Below, one piece after another: positions 10,770 through 23,508 of a stretch of 64,000 nt of DNA. A model generated the notes under the pieces. It had not been told where the DNA came from. It ran no database searches and saw nothing but the letters and a program-made list of their open reading frames with translations. The DNA is from Malacoraja senta (taxonomy: Eukaryota): NCBI GenBank assembly GCA_038087875.1, contig CM075977.1:35030001-35094000 (forward strand), written 5' to 3'. How positions within the stretch are numbered: position 1 is the stretch's first letter; each line of letters starts with the position of its first letter. Made by a program: the position numbers and the translations under genes.

Positions 10770-11390
10770 TACACAATAGACAATAGGAGCAGGAGTAGGC
10801 CCTTTGGTCCTTCGAGCCCGCACCGCCATTCAATGTGATCATGGCTGATCATCCACAATCAGTACCCCGTTCCTGCCTTCTCGCCATATCCCCTACTCCG
10901 CTATCTTTAAGAGCCCTATCAAGCTCTCTCTTGAAAGATTCCAGAGAACGGCTTCCACCACCCTCTGAGGCAGAGAATTTCACAGACACAAACTCTCTGT
11001 GTGAAAAAGTGTTTCCTCTTCTCCATTCTAAATGCCTTACCCCTTATTCTTAAACTGTGGCCCTGGTTCTGGACTCCCCCAACATCGGGAACATGTTTCC
11101 TGCCTCCATCGTGTTCAAACCTTTAGTAATCTAATATGTTTCAATAAGATACCCTCTCATCCTTCTAAATTCCAGAGTATACAAGCCCAGCCTCTCCATT
11201 CTCTCAGCATATGACAGTCCCGCCATCCCGGGAATTAACCTTGTAAACCTACGCTGCACTCCCTCAATAGCAAGAATGTCCTTCCTAAAATTTGGAGACC
11301 AAAACTGCACACATTACTCCAGGTGTGGTCTCACTAGGGCCCTGTACAACTGCAGAAGGACTTCTTTGCTCCTATACTTAACTCCTCTTG
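10770..11390 (-). mobile_element. CR1 (HER1-like) LINE 3' fragment
   Basis: Minus strand encodes LYRALVRPHLE.CVQFWSP; CR1 3' UTR with (ctattgt)n tail. Confidence 0.92.
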
Positions 11391-12409
11391 GAGGGGGCTT
11401 GATCAGCAGGACCAAAAACAAGACCTGTCAAATGGCGGATGAGCTTCTAGCGAGCCAACAGCCATCCACACTTCAGTAGAAGTTGCGATCACTGTTGTAC
11501 ATAGCATTGTAAGGAATGATGATAAAGCACACACACCAAAATCCTATACTTCCAGCGGCGGAAGTCCGCAGGAACTGGAGGACAGAGATGTGTGGTGCAT
11601 CCGTTACTGTTCCCGTTGGAAACCAGTACCACTGCGTCGCTAATGTTTCAATGATTATGAAATTATTTATCTATATCATAAAGATACTGTATATTCAATC
11701 TGGAATGTAATTATCCTACTAAAGTAACTCCTTTCACAAGTGAAAGTATATTTAATTTTTTGTTGATGACTCTTTTTTATTTTGACTATATTATTTAGCA
11801 AGCAAATCTCGTGCTCACTTAAACTAAATCTTTCTCAACCAATGGTACTCTGAACCAAAGCCACAAGATTGCAGAGAATGGAGCCAAGGGGCCACAAGGC
11901 CACGAAGCTGTACTGTAATATTTCTGTGATTTCATGTTTCCTGAGAGTTAAAATTCGTCCAGTTTCATAAGATGCCATCAAAGTAAAATTCAAATCCCAA
12001 ACATTTGGTAGAGGTGCAACCAACGTAAATAATTATGAATCATTGGAATCTTTCCGTGGACGGTATTCTATTGACCACTTCATGTTTATATTATCCAGAA
12101 GTGCACTTACAACAAGAGGCCTGGATGAAAGAGTTTCAACGAACAGTACAATTCTTTCATCCTACTAAAGGCATCTCAAAATTATGATATTTGTGTCAGG
12201 ATGGGGGATTGTCCCGATGTAAGCATTGTCTTTCTGCTGACAGGAGAGCATGCAACAAAAGCTTTTCACTGTACCTCGGTACACATGACAATAAACTAAA
12301 CTGAACTGAACTGATGAAACACTGATGCTTTGTTAAGATGCTATCTACCTGCAAATAATTACAATACTCATAGCTTGAAACAATAGGTATTGTATTTTAT
12401 CAGTCTAGC

Positions 12410-12592
12410 CACTGATTCATTTTCATTTTCGTTCTCATTCTCTCTAGATACTGTATCTGTATCTCTCTCCTTTGATACTGTATCTCCCCTTCGCTCTCTC
12501 TCTTTCTCTTTCTCCTTTCTCTCCCTCTCTCCCCCACTCTTATTCCGTCTCACCCTTCTTTCTTTCTCCCACCTCGCTCACTTTTTCTCTCT
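12410..12592. repeat. CT-rich low-complexity tract
   Basis: (TC)n/(TTC)n-rich sequence. Confidence 0.7.
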
Positions 12593-12719
12593 TGAGATCT
12601 TTGAAGATTCATTGAGATTAATGTATTTCTCTCCATGTATGCTGGCTGATCTGCTGAGCACGCTCTGGTATTTTCTGTTTGATCTTAGATTTTCCGTATC
12701 ACGTAAGTATGGTTGAGAT

Positions 12720-13285
12720 GAATAGTTGCACCATAGAAAGTATATTTTTGAGTTGCATCATTGTTTGGTTTGGGAACAGCTCTGCCCAAGACCACAAGAA
12801 GTCGCAGAGATATGTCGATGTAGCCCAGTCCATCACACAGACCAGACTTCCCACCTACATACAGACTATTCCACCGACAATTCACACTGCCTCAGAAAGC
12901 AGCCAACATAATCAAAGATGTGCCTCAAACGATCATACCTTATTCTCCCTGCTCCCATTCGGCAAAAGGTACAGATGCTTGAAAGCATACACCACCAGAT
13001 TCAGGGACAGCTTCTTCCCCTGTTATCAGGCTTCTGAATGGCCCTACTGTCTGATTTAGCATGACCCCATTGTGGACATTGGACTTTGTCTATGAAGCTG
13101 ATGCGCTACAATGCTGAGAACTATATTCTGCATTCCGTATCTTTCCCTTTATGCTTTATCTATTGTATGTGAATTTGACTTGATTGTATTTATGCACAGT
13201 AACTCTAATCTGTTTGGAAGCATGCAAAACAAAACTTTTCACCATTCTTCGGTGCACATGACAATAATTACACATGACAATAATA
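12720..13285 (+). mobile_element. Rex/Babar LINE 3' fragment
   Basis: CTIESIFLSCIIVWFGN...LPFGKRYR..TTRFRDSFFP; tail catgacaataa. Confidence 0.85.
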
Positions 13286-13674
13286 AAGGGGAAATGGAAT
13301 AGATGGACTAAGAGGGTTAGATGAGGAAGTATTTGCATCAACGCCATTATAGACCAATTCAGCAGAACAACCTTATTCTGGGATCAGATTAGCCAAGCCA
13401 GCGTGGACCCAATGCAAGTGTTTTCTGCCAGTTTTTGGCTCCAAATTATGTCCCAATTTGTTGTCTTTGTAACATTTATGAAGTTTCTGAGCTTGGGAAA
13501 GACACCGACTATAATCAGAGGAAGGCACACAAACATCAACATTATGTATATGACTGTTAAGATCATAAAGTAAATCTAATTAAGAGAATCTGATAATATA
13601 TGTCAACCTACCATTCCACATTGTGACCCTGTTGAGCTACAGGTACATCCAAGTTACTGCTAAAACAAGAAATA

Positions 13675-13862
13675 GCAGGTGCTGGTTTACAAAAATGACA
13701 CAAGTGCTGGAATAACTCAGCGGGTCATGCAGCATCTTTGGAGAACATGGATAGGTGACGTTTTGGGTCAGGATCCTTGGGTCCCGACCCTGAAACATCA
13801 ACTATCCAAGTGCTCCAGAGATGCTGCCCTACCCGCTGAGTTACTCCAGCACATTGTGTTCA
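13675..13862. mobile_element. Penelope-derived inverted pseudo-LTR pair (hairpin)
   Basis: gtgctggaataactcagcgggt...gcagcatct with its inverse at ~13818-13852; central gggtcccgaccctgaaacatc. Confidence 0.7.
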
Positions 13863-15711
13863 CCTTACTGTTCTTTTCCCTCTCAGGGTTAATTCAAGTT
13901 CTACTTCTTGGCATCTGTGGTAATTGCATCAACCACTGATCATGATAGTGAGTCCTGCTCTTTCTCCATGAAGACATTTATTTTATTGGATTCATCTCTG
14001 GTTGTCTTAAATGAGTCTTGGTTTCAAGAGAAGAGTCAAGAATGTTTTATTGGCATATGTCCCGAATGGGACAATGAAATCTGTACTTGCTGCAGCACAA
14101 CAGAATATGTGAATATGTAAACATAGTACATAAATTTCCCTGGTGGTGAAAATAATTTGTCATTGTTCATCCACACACTTCCAAAATCATAAGGATCTAC
14201 AAGAGCTCATCTCTCAGTCTTCTTTTAGCAAAAAATCCTATTAAAAATGATTATACTATATGGCACCACTTCTTACAAATGTCGCTCAATGAAAGGTTAA
14301 TACTTACAGATGTATCAAGCCATATGGAAAAGAGCCACCAGATGGCGATCCATACCCATGTGTGGCAGCACTGCCTTCCTTACACTGGTTTTATATATCA
14401 AGAAAATCACTTGATTAGCAAAATACTTCCCTGCCTATTAAAAAAAAATTGCAGCAAAACGCAAATAATCCACTACTTCACTAATTGAAAATAACAATGG
14501 TTCAGCATCTGATGGTGCGGTGGCGCAGGGGTAGATTTGTGGCCTTACAGCGCCAGAGACCCGGGTTTGATGCCCTGCCCTCTTGTTGCTAAAACCTGAA
14601 GCCACAGACCCACCATCTTCAGGAGCAGCTACCTTCCGACAGTTATCAGTTCTTGAACCAACCTGCACAACCCTAATCCTACCACAGCAGCAGAACACTG
14701 CAGAGCACCTCTTCCATTACCTTGGACATTCTCTTATTACAGTGTGTCATTTGAAAAAAAAGTTTGAAGTATGTAGGTATATTAATAAAAATAACATCCA
14801 ATAGTCTGAAAAGGCTGCCCATATGGTACCACCAAATTCCCAAATTGCAGGATTTTCGGAGTTTTACTGTAATGAAAGTTCAAGCTCGTATTCGGAAATG
14901 CTATTTTGCCGAATTGAAAGACAATAGGTTGCAGTCCCTATGCAGTGCCTATGTGACTGGGCAACTCATGTTGGACTGGATGTGATCATCACATGAGCTC
15001 TCCTCTTGTAGGATGCCCACTATCTCACCTAACCTTGGTGAGCTCATGGCTCCCTACAACTCATCATCCTTTTAAAACAGTTTCCCAATTTACTCATACC
15101 CAAATTTTTCTCTGTTTAGATTTAAGATTTAACTAAACCATGTTCAATATTTGTTTTGATTTTCTTCCCTAAAGCTCCCTGAAATGCAAGATTACCAATT
15201 TACCCTTTCTTAATGCACAACATTAGATCTAAAATGCCTGTTCCCTCATTGGTTCCTCAACTTACTGATATTCTACACTGTTAATTCTCCACAATCTTTC
15301 TGCCAATGTGGTTTGCCTACTTTATATATTTATTTAACTCTTCCATGATTAACGTATTATACTTATCAATGTGCCGTTCATTTACCTAATTAGTGCAAGT
15401 GCCCAACTGTTTGGGGAACAATAGACAACTCTCACCAACATTTTATGGTTTTAGATATTTCTCAGCACCACCCAACTGATTCTACTTTATGAATCACCCG
15501 TCTACTTTATGAATTAGTAAGTTGTGACCATTTCCCTCCACTACTTATATCCCATTATTTATTATGAACAACAGCAACAGCAGCAAACACTGTCATCAAC
15601 CACAAATTATACCATGAAGCCTGTAAAGCTACATGCATGAATTCTGATTGAAGAATTGGGTGGGTCCTGTCTAAGATGTACGGAGCTAAGTTTGTATATC
15701 GGGAGGTAAGA

Positions 15712-15903
15712 TGTGTAAGAAAGAATGCAGAATGCAGATGCTGGTTTAAATCGAAGGTAGACACAAAATGCTGGAGTAACTCAGCGGGTGAGGCAGCATC
15801 TCTGGAGAGATTCCCCTGACATAAGTCTAAAGAGAGTCTCGACTCGAAACGTCGCCCATTCCTTCTCTCCAGAGATGCTGCCTCACCCGCTGAGTTACTC
15901 CAG
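15712..15903. mobile_element. Penelope-derived inverted pseudo-LTR pair with a hammerhead-like core
   Basis: Perfect 40-bp inverted repeat 15771-15810 / 15864-15903; loop contains ctaaaga-gagt-ctcg-actc-gaaac-gtc. Confidence 0.75.
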
Positions 15904-17094
15904 AATTAAGAGTTACTCGGGAAGTAAGATGTTGGCAGAGCAGTGGATGGCAAGAAATATTTCAGCTTTTGGGACACTTCCATTCCTAAGAAAATGTTGG
16001 AGACACAACGAGTTACCATATCTATCAATGACAGGGGTGAAACCATTTTGTCTGTGATGTCTGTATTGAGGGCAGGAAGAAAAGTTAAGTCAGCATTGAG
16101 TTCTCAGCATGCTTGATGCAACTCATCCCTAATCATGATGCATCGATTAATTGCTGAGGTATCTACATCCCACAAATTAAACTGAATTCTGAATTCTGAA
16201 TTCTAACAACCAACTCTGTCTTCACAGAAGCTCCAGTAACATATGTTGTACTGATACAAAGACAAGTAAAATTCTATTGTTTCAGGAGGAAACTTCTCCT
16301 GTACCCAATATTTTTATAAATAATTTCTAATTGATTCATTTACTATTTGTTATCTTTTCTGTTGTATCTTTAAAGATCTTTGAAGTTTATAGACACTGTG
16401 AATCATGTGCTGACATTCCAAATCACATTGGACCAGATGTTGTGGTCTGTTGTGTGAGAGTGGTGCCAAGCTGTACACACTGGGATTTGGTATATAGAAC
16501 TTGCTGTCATTAGGAAGCCATTTTACCACAGGAAACACTACAGATTACCTAGAAATTGCGTGAATGCAGCATGAAATGGGCATTGTCCATAACCCCAACA
16601 GTGAGCAAACTACATCTGACCCAGTTAATTCATTGGTGAATGATTCTCAGAAAGTTATATAAAAAGAGGGGAAAGAACTCAATTCAGAAAAAGTGATAAG
16701 AGACAAAAATAATCAACACAAAAGTTGATATTTTAAAAGAGGAATCCAGTAATAATAAACATGTTAAGCTACGAGTTTCCATATGTGCAAAATTTAAAAA
16801 ATGTTGGAGATGTAGCCGTAACTGTTAAGAATAATGTCTACACTGGAAAATATATGTTCATTCTAATGAGTTTAGTACCCAACCATTTTAAACCCTCTCT
16901 ACATATGAATTCAACACTCATGTACTAAAGCTCATTGGGGAACAGAGAAATGTGAACATTCAAATTCCAAATTCCTGCATTTAGCTGCACATCTATAGTT
17001 TGCTCAAGCCTGTCTCCTATCTAACACTCCTTCAATAATTAAGAGTTCTGACAGCCAAAATCCCAGAAGGTTAAAGCAATGGCCTGGTATGGCA

Positions 17095-17420
17095 ATTTCA
17101 AAGCACAGGAATGCAAATGGCTGCATAGAGTGATGGACACAGCCCAGTCCATTACAGGAGAGTGGTGGACTCAGTCCAGTCGGGTACAGCCCTAACCACC
17201 ATCTAAAGAATCTGTATAAGGCACTGCCTCAAGAACGTAACATCTATCATCAAGGATCCCTACTATCCGGACCGTGTCCCCTGCTTGCTACAACCGCTGG
17301 GCGGTTGGTACTGAAGATTGATGTAGCACACCAATAGGCTCAGGAACAGCTACTTTCTTACAACCATCAATTTCTTGAAATGACCTGCACAATCATAATC
17401 CTCCCTTGGCAATGGAACAC
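17095..17420 (+). mobile_element. Old Rex/Babar 3' fragment
   Basis: acagcccagtccat, atcatcaaggatccc and caggaacagctactt motifs shared with the other Rex copies. Confidence 0.65.
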
Positions 17421-17429
17421 TATTCACAA

Positions 17430-17897
17430 AGGACTTTATTCCTCAGAGTGCACGAGGCTGAGGAGTGATCTTATAAAGGTGTATAACATAATGAGAGAAA
17501 TAGATAGGGTGAGTCTTTTACCCAGAGTAGGGGAATTAAGAACAAAGGTTTATGGTGAGAGAGGAAAGATTTCATAGGAACCTGAGAGGCAACTGTTAAA
17601 CAGAGGGTGGTGGGTATATGGAACGAGCTATCAGAAGAGGTAGTTGAGACAGGTACTATAACAGCATTTATAAGATGCTTGAGATAGACACAAAAAGCTG
17701 GAGTAACTCAGCGGGACAGGCAGCATCTCTGGAGAGAAAAAAATGGGTGACGTTTTGGATCAAGACCCTTGGACCTTTGGACCATGGATAGGAAAGGTTT
17801 AGAGGCATATGGGATAAACACAGGCAAACATGACTAGCTTAGAAACGGCTTCTTGAACGAGTTGGGCTAAAGGGCCCATTTCCATGCTCTATGACTA
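17430..17897 (+). mobile_element. Old CR1 3' fragment with an embedded Penelope pseudo-LTR piece (~17681-17770)
   Basis: RLRSDLIKVYNIM motif; CR1 tail tttccatgctctatgact. Confidence 0.75.
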
Positions 17898-18715
17898 AAA
17901 CAATGGACCACTGCTTGCACTACCATGGGTTTATTTTTTAATTGTGTATTGTTGCACTATTTTGTTCATTTTGCTGTATTTCCTTCACATTGTCTTGTAG
18001 AATTTATGTCATTTATGATTTTTGACGTGTTGTCCAAGCATCTACGTGCTGCTACAAACAAGATTTTCATTGAACCTGTACCTCACTGTACTTTTGAATA
18101 TGACAATAAACTTCAAGAAAAGGAGGAAGCAACAGAAGTTCTGATACTACGTATATGGTTACACATGAAATGCCAGAGCATAAGGATTTCTAATGTGGCA
18201 TAATTGTTTACACTGGGAGGTCAGGTTAGATTCTTTCATTATAGGCCAGTCAGCCCAACACGGTTGATGGGATACGTTATGGAAATATTTCTGAAGAACA
18301 GGATTTATGAATTTGAACAGTTTAGAGTAATCAGGAATATTGAATGCTGATCAAATTGATTGTTTTGGCAGTGCTTGTGAGATTATCAGAACATAAATAA
18401 ATAGGACAGGAACAGGCCATTCATCCCCTCAAGTATGCCCTATAATTCAAAATAATCATGGCTGATTTGCCTCAGGCCTCATCTTCTCTTCTGTGCCAGT
18501 CTCCCATAGTTCACATTTCCATGATCTTAAAAGAATGATCTACTTTTTTTGAAATAAACCAACGTTCTAACCTCTGGGATAGAGAGATTTACCATCTTCT
18601 AGCACAATAAATTCCTACTACCTCTTATTAAATAATTATATTCCCTTATTTGAGATTCTCTCACCAGTGGATAGATCTTGACATTACTGTCATGCCCTTG
18701 AGGGATGTTATGTGT

Positions 18716-19500
18716 CTGGAAGTGGCAGCGCTGCCCTGCAGCTGTGGCTCGCCTGCAGTCCGTTTGTCTTTTTTTTTTTTTTCCTTTTTGTCCTGTTTCA
18801 GTTTATTTTAGTTTATTTTGGTTGTGTATGTGTGTGGGGGGGGGGGGGGGGAGGGGTGGGAGAAACATGTTTTTGGTCCCTTTCTTCGGGGGGATGTGAC
18901 CTTTTCTTGTCGTATCCCCCGTCTCCATCTCCGTCTGCGCTGAGCTGGCGGCCTCCAACTGGGACCGACCTCGAGGCTCTGGAGGCAGAGCCAGGACTTA
19001 CCAATGAGAGGCTGGCCGACTTCGGGGCTGTGGTGGTGCTGCGGCGGCAGCGACCCAACTTCGGAGGCTCGGCCGCAGGCCCAGTGGACGACATCGTCGG
19101 GAGCTCGCAGGTCCCAGGTTGGTGACCTGTTTTCCAGAGCTCCCGCAACAACAGCTTTGTCCGCTGGACTGGAGGGCGGCAGCTTCGTACGCGGAGTTTG
19201 AACCGGCCCGTTCGCAAAGCTCGGATTCAGCCATGGGACTTACCATCACCCGGCGGGGTCACAACATTGGAAGCCTGGATCGCCTCAACGCAGAGGGAGA
19301 ACAAGGAGGGAAGAGACAAGGACTTTAAGACTTTTGCCTTCCATCACAGTGAGGAGGACCTGGTGGACTCACTGTGGTGGATGTTAAATCTGTGTTTATT
19401 GTGTGTTTTGATATTTTATTCTATGTTATGACTGCAAGGCACGAAATTCAGTTCAGACTGAAAAGTCTGAATGACAATAAAGGATACTTTACTTTACTTA
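18716..19500 (+). mobile_element. Non-autonomous retroelement with a Rex/Babar-type tail
   Basis: GC-rich head, T-run then G-run, GC-rich core, tail tgacaataaa plus (acttt)n; no RT; no tRNA boxes recognised. Confidence 0.6.
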
Positions 19501-20194
19501 GTAATATCACCCATCATTCTTCCAAACTTCAAAGAATAAAAACCTAATTGGTACAAATAAAAACTGCGCATGCAGGAAATCCAAAACCAAAGTAGATATT
19601 GGTGGAAATACTCAGCAAGCCAGGCAGCATCTGAAGAGAGAGAAGCAGAGGCACCATTTTGGATCAAGGACCCTTCATCCGAATTGGAGAAATGAGAAGG
19701 CAAGCATGTTATTAGTTGAATTGAGCGCAAAGGTGAAGAGAATAGAGGTAATGCCTGTGACTAAGATTAAAGTTACCAAGGTAACAATTAATTTAAAGAC
19801 TGACAGTTGTAAATAGAGAAGAAAAATGAAACCAATTGAGACAGGAAGGTATAACCACATCCGTGGAGCAAAAGAGAAAAAAAGGGGCTTACCCGAAACA
19901 TCTAAATTTGATATTAAGTTCCAGTACTCAAATCAAAAATGAGGTGCTGTACCTTAAGCTTACACTGGGCATTGTTGGGGTAATGCAGAGGTCTGAAGAC
20001 AAGTTAGGCAGGGTGAGAGTGGGACAGTTAGTTGTGATTGGAAAGTGGAGCTTCAGGCTGGACCGACTGTCTGAAAAGAAGCCGTGTGTATAGACTTAAA
20101 ATGTGTGAGGGAAGATTTAAAGGAGAGAAGACAATTCAGTGCTGGTTTTATGGAATAAGCTGACAGAAGAGGTAGTAGAAGCAAGTAGTTACAA

Positions 20195-20817
20195 TCTATC
20201 TATACTATCTATACAATCTATCTATACTATTACTAAAACTCTCATCTTGACCACTTCCTGTTTGTGTTTTTTTTTAATTTGCACAACAACGGTAACTTAT
20301 ATCGCTAGGATTTCCCCCCCACCTTACTCACCGTTCTCTTCCGCTCCAAGCCACCAGGTTTTGTTCAGATCAGTGAAATAATAGAAAATTTATGAAGGTT
20401 TAAAAAATCATGAGATCAGCAGATTGGTCTTCTTGCCTGTCACCCACTATGAAGGTAACGCTCCCTCCGGCACCCGCAGAGAATAAAGCCCTGGAGGCGA
20501 GGCTGAGTCCGTGAGCAGCGTGCGGGCAGAGAGCCTCTGAGTGAAGTCGGAATGGGACCGGGAGCTGATGCATGAGGCGAGTGCCTCCTCCCCTCCCACA
20601 CATGAAGAGGAAGGGGAGGGGAGTGCTGGGCGAAGGGGGGAAATGAGCCACGCCTGCTCAGTTAGGGGCTATGGGTGAGTTGTGGAATATTGCTTTGGGG
20701 GAACAGGTTGCGTTGGGGCAACAGGTGAGTGGTGGAATATTGCATTGGGGAATGGGTTGCGTTGTGGGGACCAGGCCTCCTGTGTGACTGGGACCCAACG
20801 GGTCCCACTTAGTCTAG
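20195..20817 (+). mobile_element. Non-autonomous Helitron (copy 1), inserted in an old CR1 tail
   Basis: 5' TC(TATACTATTACTAAAA); 3' hairpin GGGACCCAACGGGTCCC then ACTTAGT-CTAG; inserted between A and T; no TSD. Confidence 0.88.
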
Positions 20818-21595
20818 TTATGTTTAAAAAGCAATTGGACAGGCATATGAATAGGATAGGTTTAGAGGAAAATGGGTCAAATGCAGGCTAATGGTATTAT
20901 CTGCAAGGTAGGTATCTTGGTTGGCATGGACAATGTAGGCTGTAAGGCCTGTATCCTATTAAATACTTATGCTTCAAGACCAGCCCACCTTAGCTATGGT
21001 ATCAATGAGAATTAACACCATGGTATATTGTTTCTATTTAATCCTGCTGAATTGAGTCTATTTCCTGTCATTACGTTAAAGATATACAGCGAGGGTATGA
21101 GAGCCAAAAAGGCAAATTGCATTTCTTTTATTCATGCACAATGCTGTAACGGAAAATAAAAATCCTTTCATTTCCCTTAACTGCTCGTGTGTGATCATTA
21201 AATCTCTTCCTGCCCTGCATGGCAGCATGTGTGAAGGATGGAGGCTGCAATGTTAATCTCTTGCATCTCCCTCCAAAAACGTCACATCCACCCTCGCGTG
21301 GGACTTTCTGTCCACAGACATAAGAGGCTGTTCTCAGATTTCTTTCAAGCATTTCTGAACCAGTGAATCTTTTGAACCAGTGAACTCTCCCTCCCCCCAC
21401 AGCACCCACAATAACTGTTCCTTCCCAATCCTATATCCTCTAACTCCCCAGGATGCAGTATTTTAGACTCAGTACCAACTCAGAACTTCCCATCAATGGA
21501 TTACAATAGACAATAGACAATAAGTGCAGGAGTAGGCCATTCAGCCCTTCAAGCCAGCACTGCCATTCAATGTGATCATGGCTGATCATCCACAA

Positions 21596-23508
21596 TCAAG
21601 TTCAAGTTCAAGTGAGTTTATTGTCATGTGTCCCTGATAGGACAATGAAATTCTTGCTTTGCTTCAGCACAACAGAACAGAGTAGGCATTGACTACAAAT
21701 CAGATCAGTGTGTCCATATACCATTCTATAAATATATACACACATGAATAAATAAACTGATAAAGTGCAAATAACAGTTAATGGGCTATTAAAGTTCAGA
21801 GTTTTGTCTGAGCCAGGTTTAATAGCCTGATGGCTGTGGGGAAGTAGCTATTCCTGAACCTGGTCATTGCAGTCTTCAGGATCCTGTACCTTCTACCTGA
21901 AGGTAGTAGGGAGATGGGTGTGTGGCCAGGATGGTGTGGGTCCTTGATGATACTGCCAGCCTTTTTCAGGCAGCAACTGCGATAGATCCCCTCGATGGAA
22001 GGGAGGTCAGAGCCGATGATGGACTGGGCAGTGTTTACTACTTTTTGTAGTCTTTTCCTCTCCAGGGCGCTTAAGTTGCCGAACCAAGCCACGATGCAAC
22101 CAGTCAGCATGCTCTCTACTCTGCACCTGTAGAAGTTAGAGAGAGTCCTTCTTGACAAACCGTAATCTTCTCAGGAAGTAGAGGCGCTGATGTGCTTTCT
22201 TAATAATGGCATCAGTGTTCTCGGACCAGGAAAGATCTTCAGAGATGTGCACACCCAGGAATTTGAAGCTCTTGACCCTTTCAACCATCAGCCCGTTGAT
22301 ATAAACGGGACTGTGGGTCCCCATCCTACTCCTTCCAAAGTCCACAATCAGTTCCTTGGTTTTGCTGGTGTTGAGGGCCAGGTTATTGTGCTGGCACCAT
22401 ATGGACAGTTGCTCGATCTCTCTTCTATACTCTGACTCATCCCCATCAGTGGTGTTGTCAGCGAACTTGATGATGGAGTTCGCACTATGACCGGCTACGC
22501 AGTCATGAGTATAGAGTGAGTACAGCAGGGGGCTGAGCATGCAGCCTTGAGGTGCTCCCGTGCTGATTGTTATCGAGTCTGACACATTTCCACCAATACG
22601 AACAGACTGTGGTCTGAGAGTGAGGAAGTCAAGGATCCAATTGCAGAGGGATGCGCAGAGACCCAGTTCTGCGAGTTTGGTAACCAGCTTGGAGGGGATG
22701 ATTGCATTAAATGCCGAGCTGTAATCGATGAATAACAGCCTGACATATGAGTTTTTGTTGTCCAAGTGGTAGAGAGCGGAGTGGAGGGCCAGCGAGATCG
22801 CATCCACCGTTGATCTGTTGTGGCGGTAAGCGAACTGCAGTGGGTCCAGGTTTTTGTCAAGGTAGGAGTTGATCTGCGCCATGATCAACCTCTCAAAGCA
22901 CTTCATCACCACAGGTGTTAGTGCCACAGGTCGATAGTCATTTAGGCACATCACCTTACTCTTCTTGGGCACTGGTATAATTGATGCCCTTTTGAAGCAG
23001 GTGGGAACCTCAGAACTCAGAAGTGAGAGGTTGAAAATGTCTGTAAAAACTCCAGCCAGTTGGTCCGCACAGGTTTTTAGTACACGACCAGGTATACCAT
23101 CAGGTCCAGGCGCTTTTCAAGGGTTCACCCCTCTGAAGGATTTCCTGACGTCGGCCTCTGTGACTGAGACTGAAATACCATCACAGCGAATGGGGGCTCG
23201 GGAAGGCACATCGGTGTTCTCCCTATCAAAGCGTGCGTAAAATGCATTGAGCTCATCAGGGAGTGATATTTCGCCGACATTCGAGCTGCCTCCTGATTTC
23301 GCCTTGTAAGAGGTGATTGCATTCAGGCCCTGCCACAGCCGCCGAACATCTGTCTCTTCCTCCAGTTTGGAGCAGAAGTCCTTTTTGGCCTTTTTGATGG
23401 CCTTACCAAGGTCGTATCTGGACTTCTCGTAGACCACTGTATCATCAGACATGAATGCCCGGAGTCTGGTCTTCAGGAGAGAGCGGATCTCAAAGTTCGT
23501 CCAAGGTT
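21596..23508 (-). mobile_element. Rex/Babar LINE, 5'-truncated, RT frameshifted
   Basis: ORFs 23117-23452, 22136-22972 ([36 protein letters not shown]) and 21796-22158; tail catgacaataaa(cttgaa)n. Confidence 0.95.

Noticed and set aside
14513-14575. tRNA-like sequence (ggtgcggtggcgcag...gggtttgat)
   Set aside because: Matches the SINE head at ~60720-60785 and has no full cloverleaf; a truncated SINE, not a tRNA gene
16331-16560. Possible host exon (similar candidates at 11400-11640, 35720-35850 and 42860-43220)
   Set aside because: No recognisable protein similarity and no consistent splice-site/frame combination
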